The notes under the pieces: model-generated
What the model was told of the DNA's origin: nothing
The model's input: only the letters and a program-made list of their open reading frames with translations
Databases searched by the model: none
Assembly: GCA_964431835.1 (NCBI GenBank)
Contig: CAYSKO010000003.1
Coordinates: 53,132 to 117,131, forward strand
DNA length: 64,000 nt
Origin: an uncultured Planctomycetia bacterium
GTDB taxonomy: Bacteria > Omnitrophota > Gorgyraeia > 2-02-FULL-51-18
Reading direction: 5' to 3'
Position numbers and translations under genes: made by a program
Part shown: positions 45,777 to 55,241 of the stretch, piece by piece
Layout: each line of letters starts with the position of its first letter
How positions within the stretch are numbered: the stretch's first letter is position 1

Positions 45777-46298
45777 TCACGCTTTTTTCCTCGCGGCGAG
45801 GCCGCAGGCTTTCGTGTTGAGGTGCTGCACGAGCGCGGTCGCCAGCATGGCGAGGAGAACCGACGCGCCGAAATAATAAACCCCTGGGAGCGGTTTCGCT
45901 TCGGCGAGCGCGCCGAGTTTGACGGCCACGATCAGGACGGCCACGATGAAGACGTCGAGCATCGACCACTTGCCCAGCAAAGATAGCCCGTTGATCACCC
46001 GGCTGCGCAGCGTCTCCCCGAGCGGCACGAACCACGCGCACGTGAGCATCGCGAGTTTCGCGATCGGAAAGATCACGGAAAAAAAGAAGACAAGCACCGC
46101 AAGGGAGAGGTGGCCGTCGTCGCGAAGCGCTTGGATGCCTTCCAGGATGGAGAAAGTATTCTGCTTCCAAAGCTTCCTGACCGTGAGGATCGGCATGTTG
46201 AGGCCGCGGTACAGAAGCCAAGCCGAAGCTGCGAGAATCAGCGGCACGTCGGGGCGAAGCGGAAAAAAACCGCAAAGCGGGCGCTTTGCGGTTTTCAT
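45777..46298 (-). CDS. PqiA-family (paraquat-inducible protein A-like) integral membrane protein
   Basis: 173 aa with four TM helices and the PqiA pattern …ILTV…LW…FSILEGIQAL…GHLSLAVLVFFFSVIFPIAKL…. Start overlaps the GIY-YIG stop (ATGA). Confidence 0.55.
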   Translation of the reverse strand: MKTAKRPLCGFFPLRPDVPLILAASAWLLYRGLNMPILTVRKLWKQNTFSILEGIQALRDDGHLSLAVLVFFFSVIFPIAKLAMLTCAWFVPLGETLRSRVINGLSLLGKWSMLDVFIVAVLIVAVKLGALAEAKPLPGVYYFGASVLLAMLATALVQHLNTKACGLAARKKA

Positions 46299-46558
46299 CG
46301 GATCGCACCGGCCGAAGCGGCCAGGCGAAGCTTTCCCGTACGGTCGAGACGGCGTATCTGCGCTTCGCGTTTCAAGGCCGCGGAACGGTCGGGGACGTCT
46401 TCGCGGTAAACCACGCGTAGAGGGCGGTTATATGCGGTGTAGCGCGCGCCCCCTTTGGAGTGCTCTGCGAAACGCCGGTCGACGTCGGTGGTTACGCCCG
46501 TGTACAGCGCGCGGTTGGCGCATTCGATCATGTACACGTACCACGGGCCGCCCGGCAC
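46295..46558 (-). CDS. GIY-YIG nuclease-family protein (UPF0213/YhbQ-like)
   Basis: WYVYMIECANRALYTGVTTDVDRRFAEHSKG. The in-frame GTG at 46558 gives an ~88-aa protein of typical size; the long track ORF 46295..47032 is Arg-rich upstream. Confidence 0.6.
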   Translation of the reverse strand: MPGGPWYVYMIECANRALYTGVTTDVDRRFAEHSKGGARYTAYNRPLRVVYREDVPDRSAALKREAQIRRLDRTGKLRLAASAGAIR

Positions 46559-46566
46559 CCGGCGGC

Positions 46567-46989
46567 CTACTCGACTCCGTCCGCCGGAACGCTGGTGGCG
46601 CCACTCATCGCCTTTGCCACGAATTCGTCCGCTTTCGTGACGGCCATCCAGCGCCGTTCCGAGAACAGCTGGAGGACGATCACCAGCGGAATCACCGCGC
46701 AGACGATACCGAAACCCAATGCCGCCGCCACACGCGCCGGAATGCTCCACGGCGCGTAAAGCAAAATGGCGAACTGGATCACGCCGAGCATGTTCGCGAA
46801 AATGATCACACCGAGGATGACGAGCGTCGAGATCATACATTCCTTGCGGATGATCTTGATGGCCCGCACGTAATAGCTGGCGAGTTCGATCTTCGCGAGG
46901 TCGACGGTGGTGCGCTTGTATTGTTTCAGAAGCCCGACGGAAACATCGTAAAGGACGTCGCCGAAGCGCCGGATAAAGCCTTGAATCAT
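46567..46989 (-). CDS. YqjE-like inner-membrane protein (phage-holin-3_6 superfamily)
   Basis: ORF trimmed to ATG 46989 (MIQGFIRRFGDVLYDVSVGLLKQYKRTTVDLAKIELASYY…), overlapping the elaB-like stop (ATGA). Two TM helices. Confidence 0.55.
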   Translation of the reverse strand: MIQGFIRRFGDVLYDVSVGLLKQYKRTTVDLAKIELASYYVRAIKIIRKECMISTLVILGVIIFANMLGVIQFAILLYAPWSIPARVAAALGFGIVCAVIPLVIVLQLFSERRWMAVTKADEFVAKAMSGATSVPADGVE

Positions 46990-47324
46990 CGCCGGCTGCT
47001 CGTGCCGAGAATGAAACCGAGCAGGACCGCACCGGCCGCGACGCCGCCGATATACGGCCACGGATTGCGGTGCACTTCGCGGTCCAAGTCCTCGGCCGCC
47101 TGTTGGATTTTTTCCTGGCCCTCTTCGAGACGTTCGGCCGCGACGCGGCGCACCTGGTTCATCACGTCCTTATTGTTGACCGCGACTTCGGTCAGCGTCT
47201 CGCGGATCGTGGAGTATTTTTCGCCCAGAAGCCGGCGGAGCTCGTCTTTTTTGTCTTTGGCGGCTTCGTTGAGGAGCTGGAGGGCTTCGTCGATCTTGCG
47301 GTTCGAATTTAGAGTTTCAGACAT
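46986..47324 (-). CDS. DUF883 family stress protein (ElaB/YqjD/YgaM-like, ribosome-associated membrane anchor)
   Basis: 112 aa. C-terminal NPWPYIGGVAAGAVLLGFILGTSSRR is the DUF883 hallmark. Confidence 0.75.
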   Translation of the reverse strand: MSETLNSNRKIDEALQLLNEAAKDKKDELRRLLGEKYSTIRETLTEVAVNNKDVMNQVRRVAAERLEEGQEKIQQAAEDLDREVHRNPWPYIGGVAAGAVLLGFILGTSSRR

Positions 47325-47386
47325 GGCTTTCTCCTTAGCGTGTTTGAGAATGGATCCTGTCCTGACTTTCCTTGGTGCAGACCCCT

Positions 47387-47415
47387 ATTTTACACCCCGA
47401 GGAGGGTTTACTCAA
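47387..47415 (-). promoter_or_regulatory. sigma70-like promoter TTGAGT-N17-TAAAAT upstream of the elaB-like operon
   Basis: Minus-strand reading …TTGAGTAAACCCTCCTCGGGGTGTAAAATAGGGG… lies 62 nt upstream of the ATG at 47324. Confidence 0.4.
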
Positions 47416-47451
47416 TCGAAAAGGAGGCGGAAAACCCTGAATTTGCTGCTC

Positions 47452-48330
47452 TTACGAAACCACGACCCGTAAGGGCTTGCCGGTAGCGGCAATTTCGAGT
47501 TCGGAGCCGTACGGAAAGGCGTGGCGCCGGTGAGCGCCGTCCGGAAAGATCGCGCCTTCACGCATGAGCGACCTAAGAAGTATCCTTCGGTCGGCCCCCA
47601 GAACGCCGCCACGCAGGCGGTAACCGTAACGATTCGCGTAATAAAGCTCTCGGGGAACGTATTGGAAGTAGCTCGAAGCGACTGCAAGGGCTCGGCCGCC
47701 GGCCGAAAACGCGGCTCCCGTGGACCCAGCTGCGGTGGCGACCCATACCCCGGAGCTGCGATGCTGTTCGCGGCGCTTCCCTACGGCGATCACGTAATGG
47801 CTCATCGCGGCCGGATTCGAATGCGCTACGAGAACGTCGTTCAGGACCGGCTCCTTCAGCGGACGCCCGTCGAGGCGAAGCGAGAGGCGCGCGGCCTCGA
47901 CCACTTTCGCCTTCCCGTCCAGAAGCCGGTCTAGGATGCGCGCGAACGAACGGCGGTCGGCACGGCATAGTTTGCCGACGCTGTGATTGGGGTCCGAATT
48001 CACGCCCAGAACAGGCTGTCGGTCCACGGAACGCGCCGCCTCGAGGAGCGTGCCGTCGCCTCCGACCGTCACGATGAAACCGTACCGCTCGACGCCGTGA
48101 AGCTCCCCGCGCGTTTTGGCTTCGACCGAGAGTCCGCGCTCCTGAAGAGCCGAAAGCACTTCGCGGACGGTCCCGTAGTGCTCGGCGTGCGAACGCTTAA
48201 GATGGGCGAGGTTCACGTCCCCCGCCTCGAAGGCGCGTTTCAGCCCCGAGGGCTTGTACTCGTCGAAATAGGCTTCGTAAGCGCTCTTCTTGTAAGCAAC
48301 GAGCACGCGGCCGGGACGGAATTTGGGCAT
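47452..48330 (-). CDS. nadK: NAD(+) kinase
   Basis: GGDGTLL and NxGxLGF-type motifs. 292 aa. Confidence 0.85.
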   Translation of the reverse strand: MPKFRPGRVLVAYKKSAYEAYFDEYKPSGLKRAFEAGDVNLAHLKRSHAEHYGTVREVLSALQERGLSVEAKTRGELHGVERYGFIVTVGGDGTLLEAARSVDRQPVLGVNSDPNHSVGKLCRADRRSFARILDRLLDGKAKVVEAARLSLRLDGRPLKEPVLNDVLVAHSNPAAMSHYVIAVGKRREQHRSSGVWVATAAGSTGAAFSAGGRALAVASSYFQYVPRELYYANRYGYRLRGGVLGADRRILLRSLMREGAIFPDGAHRRHAFPYGSELEIAATGKPLRVVVS

Positions 48331-48367
48331 ACATCAGTATCACAAAGGAGGGGTTGCGAAGTCAAAC

Positions 48368-48452
48368 GGGAGCGAGGCGTAAGCTCTCGCCGTCTACGGA
48401 ACTCCGAATACGTCGTTCCTTGTACGACGGCGAGAGCTTACGCCTCGCTCCC
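48368..48452. repeat. long hairpin 1: 27-bp perfect stem GGGAGCGAGGCGTAAGCTCTCGCCGTC / GACGGCGAGAGCTTACGCCTCGCTCCC with a 31-nt, itself near-palindromic, apical segment
   Basis: Read from the sequence. Lies in the 273-bp non-coding leader between DUF488 and nadK. Confidence 0.8.
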
Positions 48453-48481
48453 TTCCGCAAAGGGATTCGACATGGGCAGAA

Positions 48482-48562
48482 GGAACGGGTGGGGTGTTTC
48501 GGCTTCGTACGAGGAACGACGTATTCGGAGTTCCGTAGAAGCCGAAACTCCCCACCCGTTCC
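48482..48562. repeat. long hairpin 2: 25-bp stem (one mismatch) GGAACGGGTGGGGTGTTTCGGCTTC / GAAGCCGAAACTCCCCACCCGTTCC whose 31-nt apical segment is the reverse complement of the hairpin-1 apex
   Basis: Read from the sequence. Apex 48507-48537 (GTACGAGGAACGACGTATTCGGAGTTCCGTA) versus 48395-48425 (TACGGAACTCCGAATACGTCGTTCCTTGTAC). Confidence 0.8.
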
Positions 48563-48566
48563 GGAA

Positions 48567-48615
48567 CCTATTTTCTATGCGACTTTATATTTTTGAATTT
48601 CGATTAGAATTTGAA
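48567..48615 (-). promoter_or_regulatory. degenerate copy of the AT-rich stress element at the DUF488 stop / nadK leader
   Basis: CTATGCGACTTTATATTTTTGAATTTCGATTAGAATTTGAATTC. The DUF488 stop (TAA 48604-06) is embedded in GATTAGAA, as in the other copies. Confidence 0.3.
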
Positions 48616-49137
48616 TTCGGCCTGCTCAGGCGGGTAGAGAACGCGTTCGCGGTCGAGTTTCGCGAAAGGGGTGAGCTTGTGTTTCTGTGCGGTTTTTCCG
48701 GAGATGACGTGGAACACTTCGACGCCGCGCGCCGTCAGCGCGTCGGACAAGAGTGAACGGTGGCAGCGCCACGGCACGGACTCGGCGCACAGGACGGCGG
48801 CCGGACCTTTATCGGCGTTGAAGGAAAGGAGCGCGTCGAGAGCGCGGCGGAACTGCGGGGTTTCCATGTGATCGGCGTAGCCGCGGAAGGAATCGCTCTT
48901 CCATCCCCCGTTGGGCGAATCGGGCCGGGGACGGCGACGGCCGCCGAGATCGGGGAAATGTAGATAGGCGATGCCAGAGGGAGCGAGCTCTTCCGGAAGG
49001 GTGCGGATGTCGTACTGCGGGTGGCGCTTCGAGCGGGGAATCAGACGAACATCGGCCAGCGCCTTCACGCCGCTCGCTTCGAGGAGCCCGACGAGCTCTC
49101 CGAGCGGGCGCGTGGAATGGCCGACCGTGTAGATCAA
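48604..49137 (-). CDS. DUF488 family protein
   Basis: A probable TTG start at 49137 overlaps the response-regulator stop (TTGA). N-terminus (M)IYTVGHSTRPLGELVGLLEASGVKALADVRLIPRSKRHPQYD matches DUF488. The longer track ORF would overlap the RR gene by 64 nt. Confidence 0.6.
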   Translation of the reverse strand: MIYTVGHSTRPLGELVGLLEASGVKALADVRLIPRSKRHPQYDIRTLPEELAPSGIAYLHFPDLGGRRRPRPDSPNGGWKSDSFRGYADHMETPQFRRALDALLSFNADKGPAAVLCAESVPWRCHRSLLSDALTARGVEVFHVISGKTAQKHKLTPFAKLDRERVLYPPEQAEFKF

Positions 49138-49523
49138 GCCGCGACGGCGGCGGTGATCTTCGAGAGTTCCGACATTTCGATCGGCTTCGAAAGGCATGCG
49201 GTGGGGCGGATATTGAAGCGCTGGAGGAACATTTCGTTCGCAGTCGACGCCGTGAGAACGACCACGGGGACGTTGCGGAGCGCGGGATTGGCCTGGATCT
49301 CGACGATGATCTCGAAGCCGGTGCGCTTCGGGAGATACAGGTCGAGAAGGATGAGGTCGGGACGGTTGTCTTCGGTGAGTCCCTGCACGAGCTCGAACGC
49401 CAATTCGCCGTCCTGGATGACGTCCAGACGGTTGACCATGTCGCTCTCGCTCAGCGTTTCGCGGGTCATTCGCACGTCTTCGTTGTTGTCCTCGATCAGC
49501 AGGATGTTCATTTTACGGGCCAT
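49134..49523 (-). CDS. single-domain response regulator (CheY-like receiver)
   Basis: ORF trimmed to ATG 49523 (MARKMNILLIEDNNEDV). D…DLILLDLYLP phospho-acceptor motif, T and K residues present. No output domain. Confidence 0.75.
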   Translation of the reverse strand: MARKMNILLIEDNNEDVRMTRETLSESDMVNRLDVIQDGELAFELVQGLTEDNRPDLILLDLYLPKRTGFEIIVEIQANPALRNVPVVVLTASTANEMFLQRFNIRPTACLSKPIEMSELSKITAAVAA

Positions 49524-49726
49524 GGCGTGGGACCTTTCTTTGCGGGTTGACCTTGAAAGGACGGATCGTCTGATCGTTAGCAAAAGGCTTTAAGAAGGAG
49601 GAAAACTGCGATTTTCAGATTCGGTACCGGATCGAGCAAAAAAGACGGGAGTCGTGCGGCGGATCGACTTACGGACGATATTATATCATCCGCGGGTCGA
49701 AAAAGAAACCGGATTCTAGGGGGTTT

Positions 49727-51163
49727 TTAGGCGTTTTGCGGAGCCGGAGCGGGCGCTTTGCGCGAATAGACGTGGGTCGCATGGCCATAGAAGGCCTCGG
49801 CGCATTCCATCAGCGTCTCGCCGTACGTCGGATGCGGGTGCACGGTGTTCGCGAGGTCGAATGCTGTCGCGCCCATCTCGATCGCGAGCGCCCCTTCACC
49901 GATCATCTCTCCCGCGCCGGCACCGACGATGCCCACGCCCAGGATACGCTCGGATTCGGCGTCCACGACGAGCTTGGTGAGACCTTCTTTGTCGGTGGCG
50001 AGCGCGCGCCCCGAGGCGCCCCACGGGAACTTCGCGACCTTGACGGCGAGGCCCTTGTCGCGCGCCTCGTTCTCGGTCACGCCGCACCAGGCGATCTCGG
50101 GTTCGGTGAAGACAACCGCCGGAACGATCACGTCCTTAAATTGGTTCTCTCCGCCGAGGATCACGTCGACGGCGACGCGCGCCTCGCGCGCGGCCTTGTG
50201 CGCGAGCATGAGCCCGCCGACCACGTCGCCGATGGCGAAGATATTCGGGTCCGAAGTGCGCTGCTGCGCGTCCACCTTGATGAAGCCCTTCTCGTCGCGC
50301 TGCACCTTCGTGTGCTGGAGGCCGATATCGGAGCAGTTGGGGGTGCGGCCGACGGAAACAAGCACGCGGTCGTAGAGTTCGTCGACCGATTTGCCGCCGA
50401 AATCCATGTGCACCTTGATCTGCTTGCCGCTCGTGGACATCTTGGAAACTTTCGCGCCGAGGCGCACTTCTTTGAAATTCTTTTCCGCGTATTTCACCAC
50501 CGGACGGGCCAGATCGGCGTCGGCGCCGGCGAGAATCGAACCCATCGCCTCGACGAGCGTGATCTTGGAGCCGAGCGATGCGTACACGGTGCCGAGCTCC
50601 ATGCCGATGTAGCCGCCGCCGACGACGAGGAGCTCCTGGGGCACTTCTTCGAGCTCGAGCGCCTCGGTAGAGGTCATGATGCGCTTGTTGCCGAGGTCGA
50701 ACGCCTTGGGAAGCGCGGGCTTCGAGCCCGTCGCCACGATCGCCTTGTCGAACTGGAGGAACTTCTGTCCGTCCGGAGTTTCGACGCGCAGAATCTTAGA
50801 ATCTTCGAACACGCCACGCCCGATCACGACTTCGACGCCACGGGCCTTGGCCAATTGCTGGATGCCGCCGCCCAGTTTCTCGAGAATGGATTCCTTCCAA
50901 GCGCGGAGCTTGTCGATCTTGAGGACGGGCTTGGCGAATTCGATGCCGCGCGCCGAAGAGAGCTCGGCCTCGTGGATCATTTTGGTGGCGTGGAGATACG
51001 CCTTCGAAGGGATGCAGCCGCGGTTTAAACACACGCCGCCGAGACGTTTTTCCTGCTCGATCAGAACGACCTTTCGGCCCTTGTCGGCCGCGTAGAACGC
51101 CGCCGCGTAGCCGCCGGGGCCGGCGCCGATGACGACGACGTCGACCTTCTGGGAGCCCTTCAT
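49727..51163 (-). CDS. lpdA: dihydrolipoyl dehydrogenase (E3)
   Basis: GAGPGGY FAD fold, redox-active disulfide GGVCLNRGCIPSK, and the C-terminal interface domain. Confidence 0.9.
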   Translation of the reverse strand: MKGSQKVDVVVIGAGPGGYAAAFYAADKGRKVVLIEQEKRLGGVCLNRGCIPSKAYLHATKMIHEAELSSARGIEFAKPVLKIDKLRAWKESILEKLGGGIQQLAKARGVEVVIGRGVFEDSKILRVETPDGQKFLQFDKAIVATGSKPALPKAFDLGNKRIMTSTEALELEEVPQELLVVGGGYIGMELGTVYASLGSKITLVEAMGSILAGADADLARPVVKYAEKNFKEVRLGAKVSKMSTSGKQIKVHMDFGGKSVDELYDRVLVSVGRTPNCSDIGLQHTKVQRDEKGFIKVDAQQRTSDPNIFAIGDVVGGLMLAHKAAREARVAVDVILGGENQFKDVIVPAVVFTEPEIAWCGVTENEARDKGLAVKVAKFPWGASGRALATDKEGLTKLVVDAESERILGVGIVGAGAGEMIGEGALAIEMGATAFDLANTVHPHPTYGETLMECAEAFYGHATHVYSRKAPAPAPQNA

Positions 51164-52449
51164 ATCTTCACGTCCCCTTCTTTAAATTCTTCGAGGAAAC
51201 GCACGATCTCCTGCAGGAAACGCGCGCCGTCCGCGCCGTCGACCGCGCGGTGGTCGTAAGAAAGGCCAAGAGGCAGGAGAAGCTTGGGTTCGAAAACGGT
51301 CTTGTCCCCTTCCTTCACGGCGACGGGCTTGATCGACCCTTTGCCGACTCCGAGAATCGCGAGCTCGGGAACGTTCACGATCGGCGTGAAGAACGTGCCA
51401 CCGATGCCGCCCAAGTTCGAGATCGTGAACGAGCCGCCCTTCAGCTGGTCGACCGAAACCTTGCGCTGGCGCGTCTTCTCCGCGAGATCGCCCAGTTCCT
51501 TGGCGATTTCGAAAAGGCTCTTCTTGTCCGCGTCGCGGAGGACGGGAACGATGAGGCCGGTCTCGGTGTCGACGGCCACGCCCAGGTGCACGTAGTCCTT
51601 GAGGACCAGCGTTTCGCCGTCGGCGTCGAGCGACGCGTTGACCTGTGGATACTTTTTAAGAGCGGAAACGGCGGCCTTCATGATGAACGGCGTCACGGTG
51701 AGTGCGGCACCCTTCTTCTCGTAGGCGGCTGCGTACTTCTTTCGGAACGCCATGAGCTGGGTAATGTCGGCCTCGTCGAACTGGGTGACGTGCGGGACGG
51801 TGGTCCACGATTCCGTCATTTTCTCCGCGATCTTCTTTCGGAGCGACGAGAGCGGCTTCTTGGTGACCGGACCCCACTTCGAGAAATCGATCGATTCGCG
51901 CTTCGGAGCGGCCGGAGCCGAAGGAGCGGCCGGCTGGCCACCGCCCGAGAAAGCCATCTGCTGGAGGTTCAGGACGTAATCGCGGAGATCGCCGACCGTA
52001 ATGCGGCCGCCGGGTTCGGAGCCACGCACGCGCGAGAGGTCGATGCCGAGGTCTTGCGCAAGCTTGCGGACAGTCGGAGAAGCGGCCGGCGGAATGCCGG
52101 CAGGAGACTGGAACGAATACTGTGCCGGAGCGGACTGAGCGGGAGCCGGCGCGGGGCGTGCGGACTGCTCGGCGCTGCGCGCGTTCGGAGCCGCGGGAGC
52201 CGGCGCGGAAGACTCCCCGGCGCCGTCGAGCTGAACGATGACCTGGCCGACCGAAACCTTGTCGCCGACCTTGACGAGAATTTTCTTCACGACGCCGGCA
52301 TGCGTGGAAGGGATCGGAGCGACGGCCTTCTCGTTTTCGAGCTCGAGGATCGTCTGGTCCTTGGCGACGGTGTCGCCTTCTTTGACGAAAATGTTCACGA
52401 CCGACCCGGTGTCGGCCCCTTCCCCGAGGTGGGGAATGCGGATGTCCAT
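51160..52449 (-). CDS. aceF: dihydrolipoamide acetyltransferase (E2 of the pyruvate dehydrogenase complex)
   Basis: Lipoyl domain (…ELENEKAV…), Ala/Pro linker, E3-binding domain, and catalytic domain with a DHR-type motif (SYDHRAVDGA). Confidence 0.85.
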   Translation of the reverse strand: MDIRIPHLGEGADTGSVVNIFVKEGDTVAKDQTILELENEKAVAPIPSTHAGVVKKILVKVGDKVSVGQVIVQLDGAGESSAPAPAAPNARSAEQSARPAPAPAQSAPAQYSFQSPAGIPPAASPTVRKLAQDLGIDLSRVRGSEPGGRITVGDLRDYVLNLQQMAFSGGGQPAAPSAPAAPKRESIDFSKWGPVTKKPLSSLRKKIAEKMTESWTTVPHVTQFDEADITQLMAFRKKYAAAYEKKGAALTVTPFIMKAAVSALKKYPQVNASLDADGETLVLKDYVHLGVAVDTETGLIVPVLRDADKKSLFEIAKELGDLAEKTRQRKVSVDQLKGGSFTISNLGGIGGTFFTPIVNVPELAILGVGKGSIKPVAVKEGDKTVFEPKLLLPLGLSYDHRAVDGADGARFLQEIVRFLEEFKEGDVKI

Positions 52450-52476
52450 TCCAAATCTCCTAAATAAAAAAAGCCC

Positions 52477-55158
52477 TTACGGGCATATGGGGTAAATCTT
52501 CTCAGGATCGACGCCGAGGTCGCGTACGGCCTGGGCGACGACGGACGCGTCAATCTTGCCCTTTTTATGGAGGGCGAAAAGCGTGGCGATCACGGTGCAT
52601 TCGGCGTCCACTTCGAAGAAGCGGCGCAGGTGCTCGCGCGTATCGCTGCGCCCAAAGCCGTCGGTGCCGAGCGTCATGAGGCCACCGGGGACCCAGGGCG
52701 CGATCTGATCGGGCACGATGCGCATGTTGTCGGAGACGGCCACGAAAACGCCTTGCTCCTTTTCGAGCACCGTCTCGACGTACGATTTCTTCGGCTTCTC
52801 GGTCGGGTGCAGCATGTTCCAGCGCTGGGCGTTCGTCGCGTCCACGCGCAGCTGCTTGTAATTGGTGGCGCTCCAGACGTCGGCCGAGACGTCGTACTTC
52901 TCGGCGAGGATCTCCTGGGCGCGCAGCGCCTCGCGGAGGATCGAGCCGGAGCCGAGGATCTGGGCCTTGTGCTTTTTGCCGGCCGCGCCGGGGCGGAATT
53001 TGTAGAGGCCCTTCAGAATCCCCTCTTCAACGCCTTCGGGCATCGCGGGCTGATGGTAGTTCTCGTTATGGACCGTGACGTAGTAATAAATGTCTTCGTT
53101 GTTCACGTACATGCGGCGCATGCCGTCGCGGATGATCACCGCGATCTCGTAAGAGTAAGCGGGATCGTAGGCGATGACCGTGGGGATCGTGCTCGCCATG
53201 ATGTGGCTGTGTCCGTCCTGATGCTGGAGGCCTTCGCCGTTCAGCGTCGTCCGGCCGGCGGTCGCGCCGATCAGGAAACCGCGTGCCTTGATGTCGCCCG
53301 CGAGCCACATCATGTCGCCGACGCGCTGGAAGCCGAACATCGAATAATAGATAAAGAACGGGATCGTCGGCGCGCTCAAATTCGCGTACGACGTGGCCGC
53401 GGCGATCCAAGACGCCATCGACCCGGCTTCGGTGATGCCTTCCTCGAGAATTTGGCCGTCTTTGGCTTCCTGGTAATAAAGGAGGGATTCGCGGTCGACC
53501 GGCTCGTAGAGCTGGCCCTTCGGGGAGTAGATGCCGATCTGGCGGAAAAGCGCGTCCATGCCGAACGTGCGCGCCTCGTCCGGGATGATCGGAACGACGC
53601 GACGGCCGCTCTCGGGATGGCGTAGGAGCTTCGTCAGGATACGGACGAACGCCATCGTCGTCGAAGCCTCCGTCTCGCCGAAGCCCTTCAGGAACTCGGA
53701 ATAATAATCGGATTCGGGAATCCGAACGGGCTCGTGCTTCACGACGCGCTTCGGGAGGAAGCCGCCGAGCGCTTTGCGCCGGTCGAGGAGATACTTCATC
53801 TCGACCGAATCCTGCGCGGGTCGGTAGAACGGCGTGTCGACGATTTCTTCGTCCGAGATCGGGACGTTGAAGCGCGCCCGGAATTCGCGCAGTTCTTTTT
53901 CGTTCAGCTTTTTCTGCTGGTGCGTGATGTTGCGGCCTTCGCCGGCTTCGCCGAGGCCGTAGCCCTTGACCGTCTTCGCGAGAATCACGGTCGGGCGGCC
54001 CTTCGTCTCGACGGCCGCCTTGTACGCCGCGTAAACCTTCTTCGGATCGTGGCCGCCGCGGAGCATCTTCTGGATCTGCTCGTCGGAAAGGTGGTTCACC
54101 ATCTCGAGGAGCTCGGGGTGCTTGCCGAAGAAATGCTTGCGGGTGTAGCTGCCCGGCTCGACTGAATATTTTTGGTAGTCGCCATCGACCGCCTCTTCCA
54201 TGCGCTTCATGAGGAGGCCTTTATGGTCCTTCTTGAGGAGCTCGTCCCAATCGGAGCCCCAGATGACCTTGATGACGTTCCATCCGGCGCCGCGGAAAAG
54301 ACCTTCCAGCTCCTGGATGATCTTGCCGTTGCCGCGCACGGGGCCGTCCAGGCGCTGGAGATTGCAGTTCACGACCCAGATGAGATTGTCCAAGTGTTCG
54401 CGGCCGGCGACGGTGAGCGCGCCGAGCGACTCCGGTTCGTCCGATTCGCCGTCTCCGACGTAGCACCAAACCTTCGGTTCACGGCCTTTCAGGAAGCCGC
54501 GCGCGGACATGTAGCGAAGGAAGCGCGCCTGGTAGATCGACATGATCGGCGCCAGGCCCATCGAGACCGACGGGAACTGCCAGAAATCGGGCATCAAGTA
54601 AGGGTGCGGATAAGAGGAAAGACCGCCGCCCTCGGCGAGCTCCTGCCTGAAATTATGGAGGTGTTTGGCCGTGAGACGGCCTTCGAGATAGGCGCGCGCG
54701 TAATTGCCGGGAGACGCGTGGCCCTGGAAATAAACGAGATCGCCCGGACCGTCGCCGTTTTCCCCGCCGCGGAAGAAGTGATTGAACGCGACCTCGTAGA
54801 GCGTGCAAAGCGAGGCGTACGTCGAGATGTGTCCGCCCAGGCCGCTGTTGATGCGGTTGGCCTTCACGACCATGGCCATCGCGTTCCAGCGGACGTAGCT
54901 TCGCAGGCGCTTCTCGATCGCCATGTCGCCGGGATAAGGCGGCTCTTGTTCGACCGGGATCGAATTCACGTACGGCGTGTTCACCGATCGCGGGATCTGA
55001 ACGCCCGAATCCGAGAGCCGGCCGATCAGCTTATCGAGAAAATAGGGGTTGGTCTGGGACGCGTACTCGAGCATGTGCTCGAGCGAGTCCAGCCATTCTT
55101 GCGTGTCGTTGCCGTTGGCCTTCGAGAGGTCCACGGCCTTCAATTCTTTAGGATCCAT
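52477..55158 (-). CDS. aceE: pyruvate dehydrogenase E1 component, homodimeric type
   Basis: 893 aa, characteristic length and motifs of AceE-type E1 (ThDP-binding GDG…N). Confidence 0.85.
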   Translation of the reverse strand: MDPKELKAVDLSKANGNDTQEWLDSLEHMLEYASQTNPYFLDKLIGRLSDSGVQIPRSVNTPYVNSIPVEQEPPYPGDMAIEKRLRSYVRWNAMAMVVKANRINSGLGGHISTYASLCTLYEVAFNHFFRGGENGDGPGDLVYFQGHASPGNYARAYLEGRLTAKHLHNFRQELAEGGGLSSYPHPYLMPDFWQFPSVSMGLAPIMSIYQARFLRYMSARGFLKGREPKVWCYVGDGESDEPESLGALTVAGREHLDNLIWVVNCNLQRLDGPVRGNGKIIQELEGLFRGAGWNVIKVIWGSDWDELLKKDHKGLLMKRMEEAVDGDYQKYSVEPGSYTRKHFFGKHPELLEMVNHLSDEQIQKMLRGGHDPKKVYAAYKAAVETKGRPTVILAKTVKGYGLGEAGEGRNITHQQKKLNEKELREFRARFNVPISDEEIVDTPFYRPAQDSVEMKYLLDRRKALGGFLPKRVVKHEPVRIPESDYYSEFLKGFGETEASTTMAFVRILTKLLRHPESGRRVVPIIPDEARTFGMDALFRQIGIYSPKGQLYEPVDRESLLYYQEAKDGQILEEGITEAGSMASWIAAATSYANLSAPTIPFFIYYSMFGFQRVGDMMWLAGDIKARGFLIGATAGRTTLNGEGLQHQDGHSHIMASTIPTVIAYDPAYSYEIAVIIRDGMRRMYVNNEDIYYYVTVHNENYHQPAMPEGVEEGILKGLYKFRPGAAGKKHKAQILGSGSILREALRAQEILAEKYDVSADVWSATNYKQLRVDATNAQRWNMLHPTEKPKKSYVETVLEKEQGVFVAVSDNMRIVPDQIAPWVPGGLMTLGTDGFGRSDTREHLRRFFEVDAECTVIATLFALHKKGKIDASVVAQAVRDLGVDPEKIYPICP

Positions 55159-55241
55159 TTGGGATGTCCGTCCGCCTGTTTTCCGCTATATTATACTCAA
55201 GCGGACGCTCATTTTACTACACGGGGAGCCTGTTGCAACAG

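Noticed and set aside
48354-48596. 80-aa plus-strand ORF with a strong SD (AAAGGAGGGG) and TTG start spanning both long hairpins
   Set aside because: The peptide (Arg-rich, no hydrophobic core) is dictated by the palindromic DNA. Both hairpins would have to be translated. Kept only as a caveat because the SD is good.
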